Origin: Spirochaetia bacterium
GTDB lineage: Bacteria > Spirochaetota > Spirochaetia > SZUA-6 > Bin103
Assembly: GCA_965203905.1 (NCBI GenBank)
Contig: CBDBDQ010000005.1
Coordinates: 2,400,001 to 2,464,000 of the forward strand
Length of the DNA: 64,000 nt
Reading direction: 5' to 3'
The notes beneath the pieces were generated by a model. It had not been told where the DNA came from and searched no databases. It saw only the letters and a program-made list of their open reading frames with translations. Shown one piece after another: positions 29,500-39,705 of the stretch (positions within the stretch are counted from its first letter, which is position 1; each line of letters begins with the position of its first letter). Both the position numbers and the translations under genes were made by a program.

Positions 29500-30666
29500 T
29501 CAGGTGAGCGCCTGCAGGCCGGTCACCAGGCGTTCGATCCCCGCGCCGGCGTCCTGCGGCGTCAGCGCGGCGTAGCCGAGGCGCAGCGAGCAGCCTTCCA
29601 GTCCGAAGGCGGTGCCGGGCAGCACCGCCACCCGGTGCTCGGCCACCAGCCGCCGCGCCAGGGTCATCGGGTCGCCGCCGCGGCGCAGCCGCAGCAGCAC
29701 GTAGAAGGCGCCGTCGGCGTGCACCGGCTCGCAGCGGTCACCGAGCGCCGCGAGCGCCGCCAGCACCGTTTCCCGCACCCGCTCGATCGGGACGCGCCGC
29801 TGCAGGCAGTAGCTGCGGCCGGCCTTCAGGGCGCCCGTCGCGGCCACCTGGCTCACCAGCGGCGGACAGATCAGCACCGTGTCCTGGATCTTGGCCACCG
29901 CGTCGTAGAGCGCCGCCGGGATCGTCAGGTAGCCGATGCGCCAGCCCGCGAAGCCGTAGCTCTTGGAGAGCGAGAACAGGGAGATGGTGTGTCCCGCGGC
30001 CTGCGGCAGCGAGCCGGGCGAGAAGTGCGCGCGCCCGTCGTAGGTGAAGTACTCGTAGGCCTCGTCGTGGATGTGGTAGATGCCGCGCTCCGCGCACAGC
30101 GCGTTCAGGCCCCTCAGGTCGGCCTCGGGGTAGACCGCGCCGGTGGGGTTGTTGGGCGAGATCGACACCACCGCGCGGGTGCGTGAGGTGATGGCGCCGG
30201 CTATGGCGTCGAGATCGAGCTGATAGGCGGCGTCCGCGGGCACGATCACCGGGCGGCAGTTGGCCATCGCCACCGCCATCTCGTGGTTGAAGTAGTAGGG
30301 GCTGATCAGGATTATCTCGTCGCCCGGATCGGCGATGGCGAGCAGGGCGTTGACGAACGCCATGTTGCCGCCGGCGCTGACTACCAGCTGGCGCTCATCG
30401 TCGAGGCGGATGCCGTTTTCCGCCTCCAGCTTGGCGCACAACAGCTCGCGCAGCGGCGGAATGCCCCACACCGCCCCGTAGAGGTGGTTGGTCGGTGTTT
30501 CCCAGAAGCCACGCAGTGCCTCCTCGGTCTGCGGCGGCGGTCCGTAGTAGACCACGCCCTGGCCCAGGGAGATGGTGTCCGGGTACTCGCGGATCAACCC
30601 GTGGATGATCGGGATCACCGGCGGCTGCACCTGCGCCAGCCGCGCCGACTCCCCGAGCCCCCTCAC
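29500..30666 (-). CDS. PLP-dependent aminotransferase class I/II
   Basis: ISLGQG, PNNPTG, DEAY, SLSKSYGFAGWRIG. Confidence 0.94.
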   Translation of the reverse strand: MRGLGESARLAQVQPPVIPIIHGLIREYPDTISLGQGVVYYGPPPQTEEALRGFWETPTNHLYGAVWGIPPLRELLCAKLEAENGIRLDDERQLVVSAGGNMAFVNALLAIADPGDEIILISPYYFNHEMAVAMANCRPVIVPADAAYQLDLDAIAGAITSRTRAVVSISPNNPTGAVYPEADLRGLNALCAERGIYHIHDEAYEYFTYDGRAHFSPGSLPQAAGHTISLFSLSKSYGFAGWRIGYLTIPAALYDAVAKIQDTVLICPPLVSQVAATGALKAGRSYCLQRRVPIERVRETVLAALAALGDRCEPVHADGAFYVLLRLRRGGDPMTLARRLVAEHRVAVLPGTAFGLEGCSLRLGYAALTPQDAGAGIERLVTGLQALT

Positions 30667-31688
30667 GCCGCTGGTACCAGCACGGCGGACCCGCTCAGGG
30701 CGCCGCTGCGCACGGCGTGCAGGGCGCTGTTGGCCTCCTCCAGGGGGAAGCGCTCGGCCGCGGCGGTGAGCGACAGCTCCGCGGCACGCGCCAGGAAGGC
30801 GGCTCCGTCACTCCGTGTCAGGTTGGCCACCGAGCACAGCTCCCGTTCGTGCCACAGGGCAGCGTAGGGAAACGCGGGGATATCGCTCATGTGGATGCCG
30901 GCGCATACCACGGTGCCACCGCGTTCCACCGCCGCGAGGGCCGCCGGAACCAGGCCGGCCGCCGGGGCCAGGATGATGGCGGCGGCGGGGCGGTGGGGCG
31001 GCGCGGTGTCGGAGCCGCCAGCCCAGGCGGCCCCGGCTGCCCGCGCCTGCTCCTGCTTGCGCAGGTCGCCGGGCCGGGTATGGACGTACACGGCATGGCC
31101 GTCGGCGCGGGCCACGGCCAGCAGCAGCCGCGCCGCGGAACCGAACCCGTACAGCGCCAGCGGCCCGCCTCCCGCGGTCAGGGCCGGGCGCGCCTTGCGG
31201 TAGGCGCGGAAGCCGATCATGCCGGCGCACAGCAGCGGGGCCACGACCGCGGGATCGGCCGGCGCCGCGGCGCCCAGCGAGAACACGTAGCCGGCGCGGG
31301 TCAGCATCAGCTCCGCGTAGCCGCCGTCGGTCGTAAATCCGGTGAAGAGGGCGCCCGTGCACAGGTTCTCGCGGCCGCTACGGCAGAAGGAACAGCCGCC
31401 GCAGGTCGCCGCCAGCCACGCCACTCCGATGCAGTCGCCCGGCGCGAAGCCGGCACAGCCGGGGCCGGTCGACACCACCTTCCCCACCACCTGGTGCCCG
31501 GGAATTCGGGGCAGCGGCACCCGTGGATCCAGCTCGCCGTCGACCAGGTGCAGGTCGGTACGGCACACCGCGCAGGCCAGCACCCGTAACAGCAGCTCGC
31601 CCTGACCCGGAACCGGATCCGGCACCTCGCGTGCCTCCAGCGGCCGCGCCGATCGTGGGGTGATCCGTTCCAGGACCATGGCCAGCAT
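30663..31688 (-). CDS. Zinc-binding alcohol dehydrogenase family protein
   Basis: VCRTDLH, PGHQ, CGGCSFC..ENLC, APLLCAG. Confidence 0.93.
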   Translation of the reverse strand: MLAMVLERITPRSARPLEAREVPDPVPGQGELLLRVLACAVCRTDLHLVDGELDPRVPLPRIPGHQVVGKVVSTGPGCAGFAPGDCIGVAWLAATCGGCSFCRSGRENLCTGALFTGFTTDGGYAELMLTRAGYVFSLGAAAPADPAVVAPLLCAGMIGFRAYRKARPALTAGGGPLALYGFGSAARLLLAVARADGHAVYVHTRPGDLRKQEQARAAGAAWAGGSDTAPPHRPAAAIILAPAAGLVPAALAAVERGGTVVCAGIHMSDIPAFPYAALWHERELCSVANLTRSDGAAFLARAAELSLTAAAERFPLEEANSALHAVRSGALSGSAVLVPAA

Positions 31689-31958
31689 GCCCCCATGGTG
31701 CGCGCTGCGAAGCCCCCGCGCAAGTACTTGCATAAACAGACAAGTGTCTGTATTGTTGGTCTTCATGGCACTACGATGGAAGCCTGCAGTAGTCATGGCG
31801 CCACGCCAAGCCAGAGCCGGACCCGTTCTTGCAGACACGGGTGGGTACAGGGCAGAGGTACACGCGGAACTCTCAGTGTTCTGTGACGCTTGCTTGCCGA
31901 GCCCTAGGCTGCTGCGTCAATATGGGCTCGCACATGGGCCAGTGGCGCATACTCGCCG

Positions 31959-33036
31959 GTGATTGAGCATTGGATTGGAAGCAAACGTATCCGGGATCCG
32001 ATACACGGCCTTATCGTATTCGGCGGGAGCGGAAACCGTGAGCGCGACCAGATAGATCAAGTCGCGTGGGATCTTATCAATACGCGAGAGTTCCAGCGTC
32101 TACGACGTATTCGACAACTCGGATTCTCTGAGTTGGTGTTTCCCGGAGCAACGCACAGCCGCTTTGCCCGCAGTGTTGGCGTGTATCACATCGCGCGTCG
32201 TCTTGCTGACATCGTCGCACAGCAACAGAGCAACTATGATATGGACCGCGAACGTGTCGCACTTCTGTCCGCTCTCCTGCACGATGTCGGTCACGGACCG
32301 TTCAGCCATGCATTCGAACTTGTGAGTACAAATGGTCCAAAAAGAACACATGAAGACTGGAGCGTTGAGATCATCCGCGATGACGCTACCGAAGTTAATG
32401 GACTGTTGCGGCAGGTAGACGAAGGATTACCCGAGCAGATTGGTGCGCTTCTGAAGGAAGAAGAACCCAAGGACATCTACGCCACCATCGTTTCCAGCCA
32501 ATTCGACGCCGACCGGCTCGACTACATCCGACAACGTACTGGCGAGTCGCGATCCGGTTCTGCGTTTCCTGGCAGCAGAAGCCCCGACCATCGGTTCCTA
32601 TCTTGATCTCGATGATACGGTTATCTGGTCCGCATTGCTGCACTATGAGAACCATTCGGATCCGCGCCTGGCACAACTCGCGGGACGCCTGAGAAATCGG
32701 AGACTCTATAAGTGCGTTGACATCGGTGTTCGGGATGAGCCAGGAGGCAATTTGTATCTTCGTTTACGGCGTGAGTTAGATGAGCGTTCAATCGAATGGC
32801 GTGAAGATCTGATCTTTGACGAGCCATCAGTGACGCCATACAAGTGGTACAATTTCGAAGATGCTTCAGCGTTAAACAAGGTGCTGGTCAAGACAGATAC
32901 AAATGAACCCAAGGACATCGCCAGCATGTCGCGTATCGTCGAGACACTCCAGAGCGAAGAGCGAATCCAGCGCGTATACGCTCCGGATTCGGAAAAGGCT
33001 GAAGAGATTCTCAAGATAGTGGAGGAATTGGTGTGA
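31959..33036 (+). pseudogene. HD-domain dNTP triphosphohydrolase (YwfO/SAMHD1-like), internally deleted and frameshifted
   Basis: IRDPIHG, FQRLRRIRQLG, THSRFARS (His to Arg), LLHDVGHGPFSH, DADRLDY, then a jump near 32530 to YLDLDD..RLRNRRLYK in another frame. Confidence 0.87.
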
Positions 33037-33566
33037 TGAAGGCAAGAGAGATCGTAGTCAATCTGATTGCACTGTACGGGGGAGAGCTTGTCGGTCGGAC
33101 GCGGTTGCAGAAGCAAGCCTATCTTCTTCATCGCTGTGGGGGTGAATTCCAACTGGACTTCGTCTATCACCATTACGGCCCATACTCGTTCGATCTTGCC
33201 GACGGTTTGACCGATGCGCGTGCGGAGGGCCAGATCGAAATAGAGGAAAGGCCCGGACGGTACGGCATCCGATATGCGATATTCAGGCTTAGCGAAGATA
33301 TACGGCAGCCGCACGGGATTGGGAAACTTACCGCAAGTGGTGCCCTTCGGTTACTTGAGATCATGAAAGACGAGGTTTCAGACATCGTCCTTGAGATAGC
33401 TGCTACCATCGTTTTCTTACGTGATGAAGGAGGCTACGGGGATCAAGCTGTTGTGGAGACCAAGGTCCGCAAACCTCTCAAAGCAACGGCACAACGCGTC
33501 AGACACGCACTCGCATTGCTACACAAACTCGACTTGGATACGAAGCAGCTTCCTGGAGCAACCTGA
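33033..33566 (+). CDS. YwgA-like / Panacea-like wHTH protein, putative antitoxin
   Basis: GRTRLQKQAYLL, FVYHHYGPYS, LEIAATIVFL; start overlaps the HD gene stop. Confidence 0.8.
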   Translation: MMKAREIVVNLIALYGGELVGRTRLQKQAYLLHRCGGEFQLDFVYHHYGPYSFDLADGLTDARAEGQIEIEERPGRYGIRYAIFRLSEDIRQPHGIGKLTASGALRLLEIMKDEVSDIVLEIAATIVFLRDEGGYGDQAVVETKVRKPLKATAQRVRHALALLHKLDLDTKQLPGAT

Positions 33567-33582
33567 GATGGGCGGCGGATCG

Positions 33583-34140
33583 ATGGACTTGGTGCAGACA
33601 GTCGAAGAGTTCCGCCGGGACGGTTTCGTCAGGATTCCCGGGCTGCTGTCGGAGGCCGAGTTGCGCGCACTCCGGCACGACACGCAGCGCATCATCGACG
33701 GCGGCTACGAGGAGGTGGCGAACCGGTCCGACTACCGGACCGCGCCCGATCCCGGTAGCGGGGAGGAGGTCTTCAACCGGGTGCAGTTCGTGTTTCCGCT
33801 GGCCGCCATCGAGCCCAACCCGCTGCTCGCGCTGCTCGGCCATCCTCGGGTGCAGGCGCTGGCGCACGCGCTGCTGGGCGATGACGCGCTGTGCAACGCG
33901 GAGGCGCTGGTGTTCAAGCTGCCGGGCAACGGCTCCGAGGTGCCGGTCCACGCCGACTGCGACCCCGCCGACCGGCGCACCTCCGACGCCCACCTGGGAT
34001 TCAACGTCGACTTCTACCTCGACGACGCGACCCTGGAGAACGGCTGCCTGCTGGCCGCTGCGGGCAGCCACCGGGCGCGCCACTCCCGGGAGAACCCCGT
34101 GATGCTCAGAACCAAGTTGACCGCGTCGCCGAACTGGTAG
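33583..34140 (+). pseudogene. Phytanoyl-CoA dioxygenase family protein, C-terminally truncated
   Basis: FRRDGF, HxD (HAD), LDDATLENGCL..GSH; ends before the distal Fe-ligand His. Confidence 0.65.
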
Positions 34141-34253
34141 CGCCCGCGACGGCCTTGACCGCAGTGGGGGGCGGCAGGATACTCCCGGCAGCAACCGGCG
34201 CGGTGGCCCACCGCCACGGCGCCAGGACGATGAAGAAAACGAGGTAATTCGAA

Positions 34254-35141
34254 ATGGCGGACAAGAAAATCGGATGGGTCGGTACCGGGGTGATGGGGCG
34301 CTCCATGTGTCTGCACCTGATCGAAGCGGGCTACGAGACGGCGGTGTACACCCGCTCGCGGGAGCGCGCCGCCGACCTGGAGGCGGCCGGCGCCGCATGG
34401 TGCGACGGACCGGGTGCGGTCGCCGCGTGCTCCGACGTGGTGTTCGCGATCGTCGGCTACCCCAGCGACGTGGAGCAGGTTTTTCTGGGTGAGGGCGGCA
34501 TCGTGGCCAACGCCGCGCCGGGGGCGCTGCTGATCGACATGACCACCTCCGAGCCGTCGCTGGCGAAGCGCATTGCGGCGGCGGCCTCCGAGCGCGGCTG
34601 TGCCGCCCTGGATGCGCCGGTCTCCGGCGGCGACGTCGGCGCGCGCGGGGGAACCCTGGCGATCATGGTGGGTGGCGAGCAGGCAGATTTCGACCGCGCC
34701 AAGCCGCTGTTCGAGATCATGGGCGAGAACATCGCCCTGATGGGCCCCGCCGGCTCGGGCCAGCACACCAAGATGAGCAACCAGATCCTGATCGCCTCCA
34801 CCATGATCGGGGTGGTCGAGTCGCTGCTGTACGGCCAGCAGGCGGGGCTCGACCAGGACGCCATCATCGACGTGATCGGCAAGGGCGCCGCGGCCTGCTG
34901 GTCGATCAACAACCTGGGCCGGCGCATCGTGCAGGGCAACTTCGATCCCGGCTTCTTCATCAAGCACTTCGTCAAGGACATGGGCATCGCGCTGGCCGAG
35001 GCGCGGGCCATGAACCTGGCGCTGCCCGGACTGGCGCTGGCGAACCAGTTCTACCTCGCCGCCACCGCCGACGGCCTGGAAGACCTGGGCACCCACGGCC
35101 TCTACAAGGTGCTGGCGCGCATGAACGGCGCCGCGGACTAG
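34254..35141 (+). CDS. NAD(P)-dependent beta-hydroxyacid dehydrogenase (3-hydroxyisobutyrate/tartronate semialdehyde reductase family)
   Basis: GWVGTGVMG, DAPVSGGDVGA, KMSNQ, KDMGIAL. Confidence 0.94.
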   Translation: MADKKIGWVGTGVMGRSMCLHLIEAGYETAVYTRSRERAADLEAAGAAWCDGPGAVAACSDVVFAIVGYPSDVEQVFLGEGGIVANAAPGALLIDMTTSEPSLAKRIAAAASERGCAALDAPVSGGDVGARGGTLAIMVGGEQADFDRAKPLFEIMGENIALMGPAGSGQHTKMSNQILIASTMIGVVESLLYGQQAGLDQDAIIDVIGKGAAACWSINNLGRRIVQGNFDPGFFIKHFVKDMGIALAEARAMNLALPGLALANQFYLAATADGLEDLGTHGLYKVLARMNGAAD

Positions 35142-35165
35142 GGCCGAGCGCGCTCGGAGGGGGCG

Positions 35166-36212
35166 GTGCGGGTCGAGGCGAACGCCCCTCTGGCCGCCCG
35201 CAACACGCTGCGGGTGGCGGCCACGGCGCGCTACCTGGTGCGCGTCGCCGGCACCGCATCCGCGGCCGTGGCGCGGGAGCTGGAAAAACTGCTCGCCGAG
35301 CCGCGCTTCCGCGGCCTGCCGCGCCTGGTGCTGGGCGGCGGCAGCAACGTCCTGTTCGCCGCCGACTTCCCCGGCGTCGTGATCGTGCCGCAGGCCGCTG
35401 GCGTCGAGATCGACGAGACTGCCGAGTCCGTGATCGTGAGCGCGGCCGCCGGACACGACTGGCACCGGCTGGTGGAGTTCACGGCTGCGCGCGGCTGGGG
35501 CGGTCTCGAGAACCTGAGCCTGATTCCCGGTGCGGTGGGCGCCGCGCCGATCCAGAACATCGGCGCCTACGGGGCGCAGCTCTCCGACGTGTTCGTCGAC
35601 CTGGAGGCGGTACCGCTGGACGGCGGTGAACCGCGTACCATGGACGCCGAAGCATGCGCGTTCGGCTACCGGGACAGCGTGTTCAAGAAAGCCCTGCGCG
35701 ACAAGATGCTGATAACCCGGGTGCGGCTGCACCTGCACAAGAGGCCGCGGCTGAACCTCGAATACGCCGGCGTGCGCGGGGAGCTTGCCAGCATGGCGGT
35801 GACCGAGCCGACGGTGGCCGACGTGAGCCGGGCGATCATCCGCCTGCGCCGCCGCAAGCTGCCCGATCCGGATTCACTCCCCAATGCCGGTTCCTTCTTC
35901 AAGAACCCGGTGCTCGCTCCCGACCACTACGCTCAGGTACGGGAGCGCTTCCCGCACCTCGCCGGAGTGGCGGTGGAGGGTGGCCACAAGGTCCCGGCGG
36001 CGCAGTTGATCGAGGCCTGCGGGCTGCGCGGCCGCCGCTTCGGGCGCGCCGGCGTGGCCGAACGCCACGCCCTGGTGCTGGTCAACCACGGCGGCGCCAG
36101 CGGCGCCGAGCTGCTCGCCGCCGCGGACGCGGTGGAGGAGGCGGTGTTGGAGCGTTTCGGCGTCCGCCTGGAGCGCGAAGTGCGCGTAGTCGGCGCCGAG
36201 GAGGAAGCCTGA
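35166..36212 (+). CDS. murB: UDP-N-acetylenolpyruvoylglucosamine reductase
   Basis: LGGGSN, GLENLSLIPG..GAAPIQNIGAYG, FGYRDS, NAGSFFKNP, HALVLVN. Confidence 0.96.
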   Translation: MRVEANAPLAARNTLRVAATARYLVRVAGTASAAVARELEKLLAEPRFRGLPRLVLGGGSNVLFAADFPGVVIVPQAAGVEIDETAESVIVSAAAGHDWHRLVEFTAARGWGGLENLSLIPGAVGAAPIQNIGAYGAQLSDVFVDLEAVPLDGGEPRTMDAEACAFGYRDSVFKKALRDKMLITRVRLHLHKRPRLNLEYAGVRGELASMAVTEPTVADVSRAIIRLRRRKLPDPDSLPNAGSFFKNPVLAPDHYAQVRERFPHLAGVAVEGGHKVPAAQLIEACGLRGRRFGRAGVAERHALVLVNHGGASGAELLAAADAVEEAVLERFGVRLEREVRVVGAEEEA

Positions 36213-36325
36213 TGGAACAGCAACCAACCTCTCCGGAGGGCTCTCGGCGTCACCCTCCAAACCGCGCCTGAACGACGTTTACGAATGGTGGCGGCAGGTG
36301 CCGTGGATTCCTCTTCAGGTCTGTG

Positions 36326-37741
36326 CTATCCGGCCATTACGAGCGGCAGGATGGTCATCATCGGCAGCGTGGTCGCCGCCAGTGCTGCCGGCGAACCCGC
36401 GTCGTGGTACCGCAATGGCTGCCGTGTCGTGGCGAAGCGGGAGGCCAGGTACTGGAGCAGCAGTCCGAGGCCGATGCCGTAGAGCACGTGCCCGATCAGG
36501 GAGGCATAGTTGGCCGTGGCCGCCGCCAACGACCAGTCGACCGGCTGCCGCAGCAGTGCCGGGAACAGGGTCAGAGCGCCGAGCACCCACCACAGCACTC
36601 CATACACCACTCCCCAGCTCATGCCGGCACCGGGGCTGTGTGCCTCACGCTGAAACAGCAGACCGAAGCTGCTGCCGATGAGGATCGAAATGACGAAATG
36701 CACCAGTACGCCGACCACGGGCGAGCGCGAGCCGACGAGGCTGGCGACCATGGGCAGGGCACCGACGCCGTACATGACGAAGGTGAAGAGTACGCCCCCC
36801 AGAATGCCGCCTGCCTGACCGATCAGGACCCCGCGGACGCTGCGTGCGCCGGCGCCTTCGTGGGTGCGATGGAGCGGATCGGAGTCCACGAACAGGATCA
36901 TCCATAGGCGATTCACGACGCCGTAGACCAGGCCGACGACCGCCCCGTAGAGCAGGTGCGCCACCAGCGAAGGAAAGCTCGCGCGGGCCGCCTCCAGCGT
37001 CCATTGAATCGGGCTGTGCATCAGGAGCGGCAGCAGCGTCAGCGGGCCGAGAATCCACCACGACATGCCGTAGCTCATTCCCAGGATCACCGCCGAGCCG
37101 GCACCGCGCACGTCGCGGTGGAACAGAAGCGCGAAGGTCACGGCAATGACCAGACCGATCAGGTAGTGCAACGTGCCGCCCGCCATGGGCGCGCGCATGC
37201 CGACAATGCCGGCGACCAGGGGAAAGAAGTCAGCCGACTCGATACCCCACAGGAACGCCCAGGCACCGATCAGTCCGCCCAGTCCGCCGACCACCAGCGC
37301 CTGTACCGGCGGCGGCACCAGATCGGGAACCCGCGGTTGTGCCGGCGACCGGTTGGCGGTCGCGGGGATGAACGGGAGCAGGCGGCCGATACCGTACATC
37401 CCCAAACCCAGCACCGCACCGAATCCGAACACCTGCACGAGAAGTTGCGAGGAACCGGCGTGGATGGCCGCCACGCTCCACCGCAGGCCGCGCCCATCCA
37501 CGAGCGGCAGCAGCGTCAGCGAACCCAGCATCCACCACAGGACGCCGTACGCCTGGCCCCACAGCAGGCCCGTGCCGGCGGTGCGCACCCGCACACCGAA
37601 CCCGAGTCCGAAGAGCAGGCCCAGGACGCCGCTCACCACCAGGTGGAACAGCCAGCCCTGCGGCGGCGTTGCCAGCAGCCCCGCGACCACTCCGCCGATC
37701 ACCCCGGCGATCACCCCGGCCAGCACCCGGTTGCGCGTCAT
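36326..37741 (-). CDS. Polytopic membrane protein with three internal His-bearing repeats
   Basis: Three repeats of H...GxxYGxxWWxLGxLTLxP...W...; start overlaps the NDH-2 stop (ATGA). Confidence 0.85.
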   Translation of the reverse strand: MTRNRVLAGVIAGVIGGVVAGLLATPPQGWLFHLVVSGVLGLLFGLGFGVRVRTAGTGLLWGQAYGVLWWMLGSLTLLPLVDGRGLRWSVAAIHAGSSQLLVQVFGFGAVLGLGMYGIGRLLPFIPATANRSPAQPRVPDLVPPPVQALVVGGLGGLIGAWAFLWGIESADFFPLVAGIVGMRAPMAGGTLHYLIGLVIAVTFALLFHRDVRGAGSAVILGMSYGMSWWILGPLTLLPLLMHSPIQWTLEAARASFPSLVAHLLYGAVVGLVYGVVNRLWMILFVDSDPLHRTHEGAGARSVRGVLIGQAGGILGGVLFTFVMYGVGALPMVASLVGSRSPVVGVLVHFVISILIGSSFGLLFQREAHSPGAGMSWGVVYGVLWWVLGALTLFPALLRQPVDWSLAAATANYASLIGHVLYGIGLGLLLQYLASRFATTRQPLRYHDAGSPAALAATTLPMMTILPLVMAG

Positions 37742-39480
37742 GACTCCCCACCCTGGTCCGGCTCCTGGTCGAAGCTCATCGTTTGCACGATGTCCGGCGG
37801 GAAGAACACGTCCAGCACCCAGTCCAGCAGGACTCGTACTCGTTTTTCCAGGTTGGGGAGCTTCGACAGGTAGATGCCGCGCCACATGATCCACGCGAGA
37901 AAGCCTGAGAAGCGGTGCCCGAACACTTCAGCCACCGCCAACTGGTACCCCAGCGCGGCCAGGCTGCCCAGGGTCTTGAAGTCGAACGGTTGCAGTGGCT
38001 GACCGCGGATCGCGGCGGCAACGTTGCGCCCCAGGAGTTTCCCCTCGCGCGCGGCGTGCTGCGCGGTCGGTGGGTAGTAGGCCCCCTCGTTGTTGGGAAT
38101 GGGGATTTGGGCGCAGTCGCCCGCCGCCCACAAGGCGGGCCTCTCGGTCGATCGCAGCTCCGACGACACCGGGATCTGGCCGCGCCGGGTCAGCTCGACC
38201 CCGAGCTTGCTCACGACCGGCCCCGGCTTGTTGCCCGCGGTCCACACCACGGTGTCGGCGGCAAGTTCCTGGTCGCCAATGCGGATCGCGCCCGGCCTGG
38301 CGCCGGTGACCCGCTTGTTGGGGATGAACTGGACGCCGCGCGCGGCCATCTTCTCCTGTGCGAACCGCCCGAGCGGCTGGCTCAACTCGGGCAGGATCAC
38401 CTCGCCGGGATGCACCAGGACGAACCGCAGGTCGTCCGGCCCCACGTTGGGATAGTACGGCAACATGCCGCGGCCGAAGTCGTTGAGACCGCCGATCAAC
38501 TCCACGCCGGCGAAACCGCCGCCGACCACCACGAACGTCAGCCGTTGGCGTTTCCTCTCCGCCTCCTGCTCGAAGTCGGCCCGCTCGAACATGTCGATGA
38601 CCTGGTTGCGCAGCCGGATGCTGTCCTGCAACGACTTGAAGGTCAGGGTGTGGGCCGCGAGCTCTTTGTTGCCGAAGAAGTTCGGGGTGCACCCGCTGGT
38701 GATCAGCAGGTGGTCGAACGGCAGGCTGCGGTGGGGCGAGCGCGCGTCGGGACTCAGATCGACCCGACCGCGCCCCCAATCGACGCTCTCGACCTCGCCC
38801 TGCACCACGTGCACCCGTTGAAAGAACGCGCGCAGGGGCGGACTGATGTGCTGCGGATTGACCGCGCTCGCCGACACCTCGGACAACATCGGCGTATGCA
38901 CCAGATAGTTGGTCTTGCTCACCAGCCACACGTCCACGCTCGGATCGTCGGCGAATGCCTTGTCGAGCGAGGCGGCGGAGCTGGCCCCGGCGTAGCCGCC
39001 ACCGACGATCACCACGTTCGTCCTGGTCGTGGATTCGGGTGCGAGCGTTGCGGCGGCCGGCGCCAGACCCAGGCGCTGGTACACCAGGCCATAGAGGAAA
39101 CCGGTCAGACTGCCGTGCAGCACGTAGGCGACGAGTTGCGGGACGATGCTCGCCGCAGTGTCCACGTGCCACATCGGAGCGTCCGCCTCGAGGAGGGGGA
39201 ACAGGTTGAGGGCCAGGATCACCCACGCCACCGCGCCCAGCACCACGCCGCCCATCACGTTCGCCGCGTGACCGCCGGGCGCCGGACGGAACAGCAGCGC
39301 GTAGCCACCGCCCAGCAATCCTCCCGCCACCAGCAGGCGTACCGCCCCGCCCAAATCGGCCAGGGTGATCCCGCCGGCCGGCGTGGTGGGACCGAGCGTC
39401 ACCGGAATCAGCTCCACCAGAGCAACGAACAGACCGATCAGCAGGCCGGTGACCAAACGGCGCGTCATCAGTGGATCCAT
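37738..39480 (-). CDS. Type II NADH:quinone oxidoreductase (NDH-2) with N-terminal membrane domain
   Basis: IVGGGYAG, VVVGGGFAGVE, WTAG, AAGD, PPTAQHA, LPNLEKRVRVLLDW; about 135 aa hydrophobic N-terminal extension. Confidence 0.9.
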   Translation of the reverse strand: MDPLMTRRLVTGLLIGLFVALVELIPVTLGPTTPAGGITLADLGGAVRLLVAGGLLGGGYALLFRPAPGGHAANVMGGVVLGAVAWVILALNLFPLLEADAPMWHVDTAASIVPQLVAYVLHGSLTGFLYGLVYQRLGLAPAAATLAPESTTRTNVVIVGGGYAGASSAASLDKAFADDPSVDVWLVSKTNYLVHTPMLSEVSASAVNPQHISPPLRAFFQRVHVVQGEVESVDWGRGRVDLSPDARSPHRSLPFDHLLITSGCTPNFFGNKELAAHTLTFKSLQDSIRLRNQVIDMFERADFEQEAERKRQRLTFVVVGGGFAGVELIGGLNDFGRGMLPYYPNVGPDDLRFVLVHPGEVILPELSQPLGRFAQEKMAARGVQFIPNKRVTGARPGAIRIGDQELAADTVVWTAGNKPGPVVSKLGVELTRRGQIPVSSELRSTERPALWAAGDCAQIPIPNNEGAYYPPTAQHAAREGKLLGRNVAAAIRGQPLQPFDFKTLGSLAALGYQLAVAEVFGHRFSGFLAWIMWRGIYLSKLPNLEKRVRVLLDWVLDVFFPPDIVQTMSFDQEPDQGGES

Positions 39481-39705
39481 GTCAGTCCCCCAGTCTGCCG
39501 GCAGCGCGTCCGTACCTCGCCGGAACGCCGTCCAGGGCGCGATCGGAGTGCGGCGGGTTCCGGCTCGACGAGTATAAACGTATGGGCCCGAAGATCGGAA
39601 ACAGCCGTGGCCCCATGGCACCATGCAGCTCGAGGACCGGGACGCGCCATTCATGAGATTCTGGTACCGGCCGCGAGCTCTCGATCGCGATGAGGAGGCA
39701 GGTTG

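Noticed and set aside
36270-36330. Minus-strand ...GCCGCCACCA resembling a tRNA 3' end or att site
   Set aside because: No T-arm (GTTC) or cloverleaf, and no second copy or integrase
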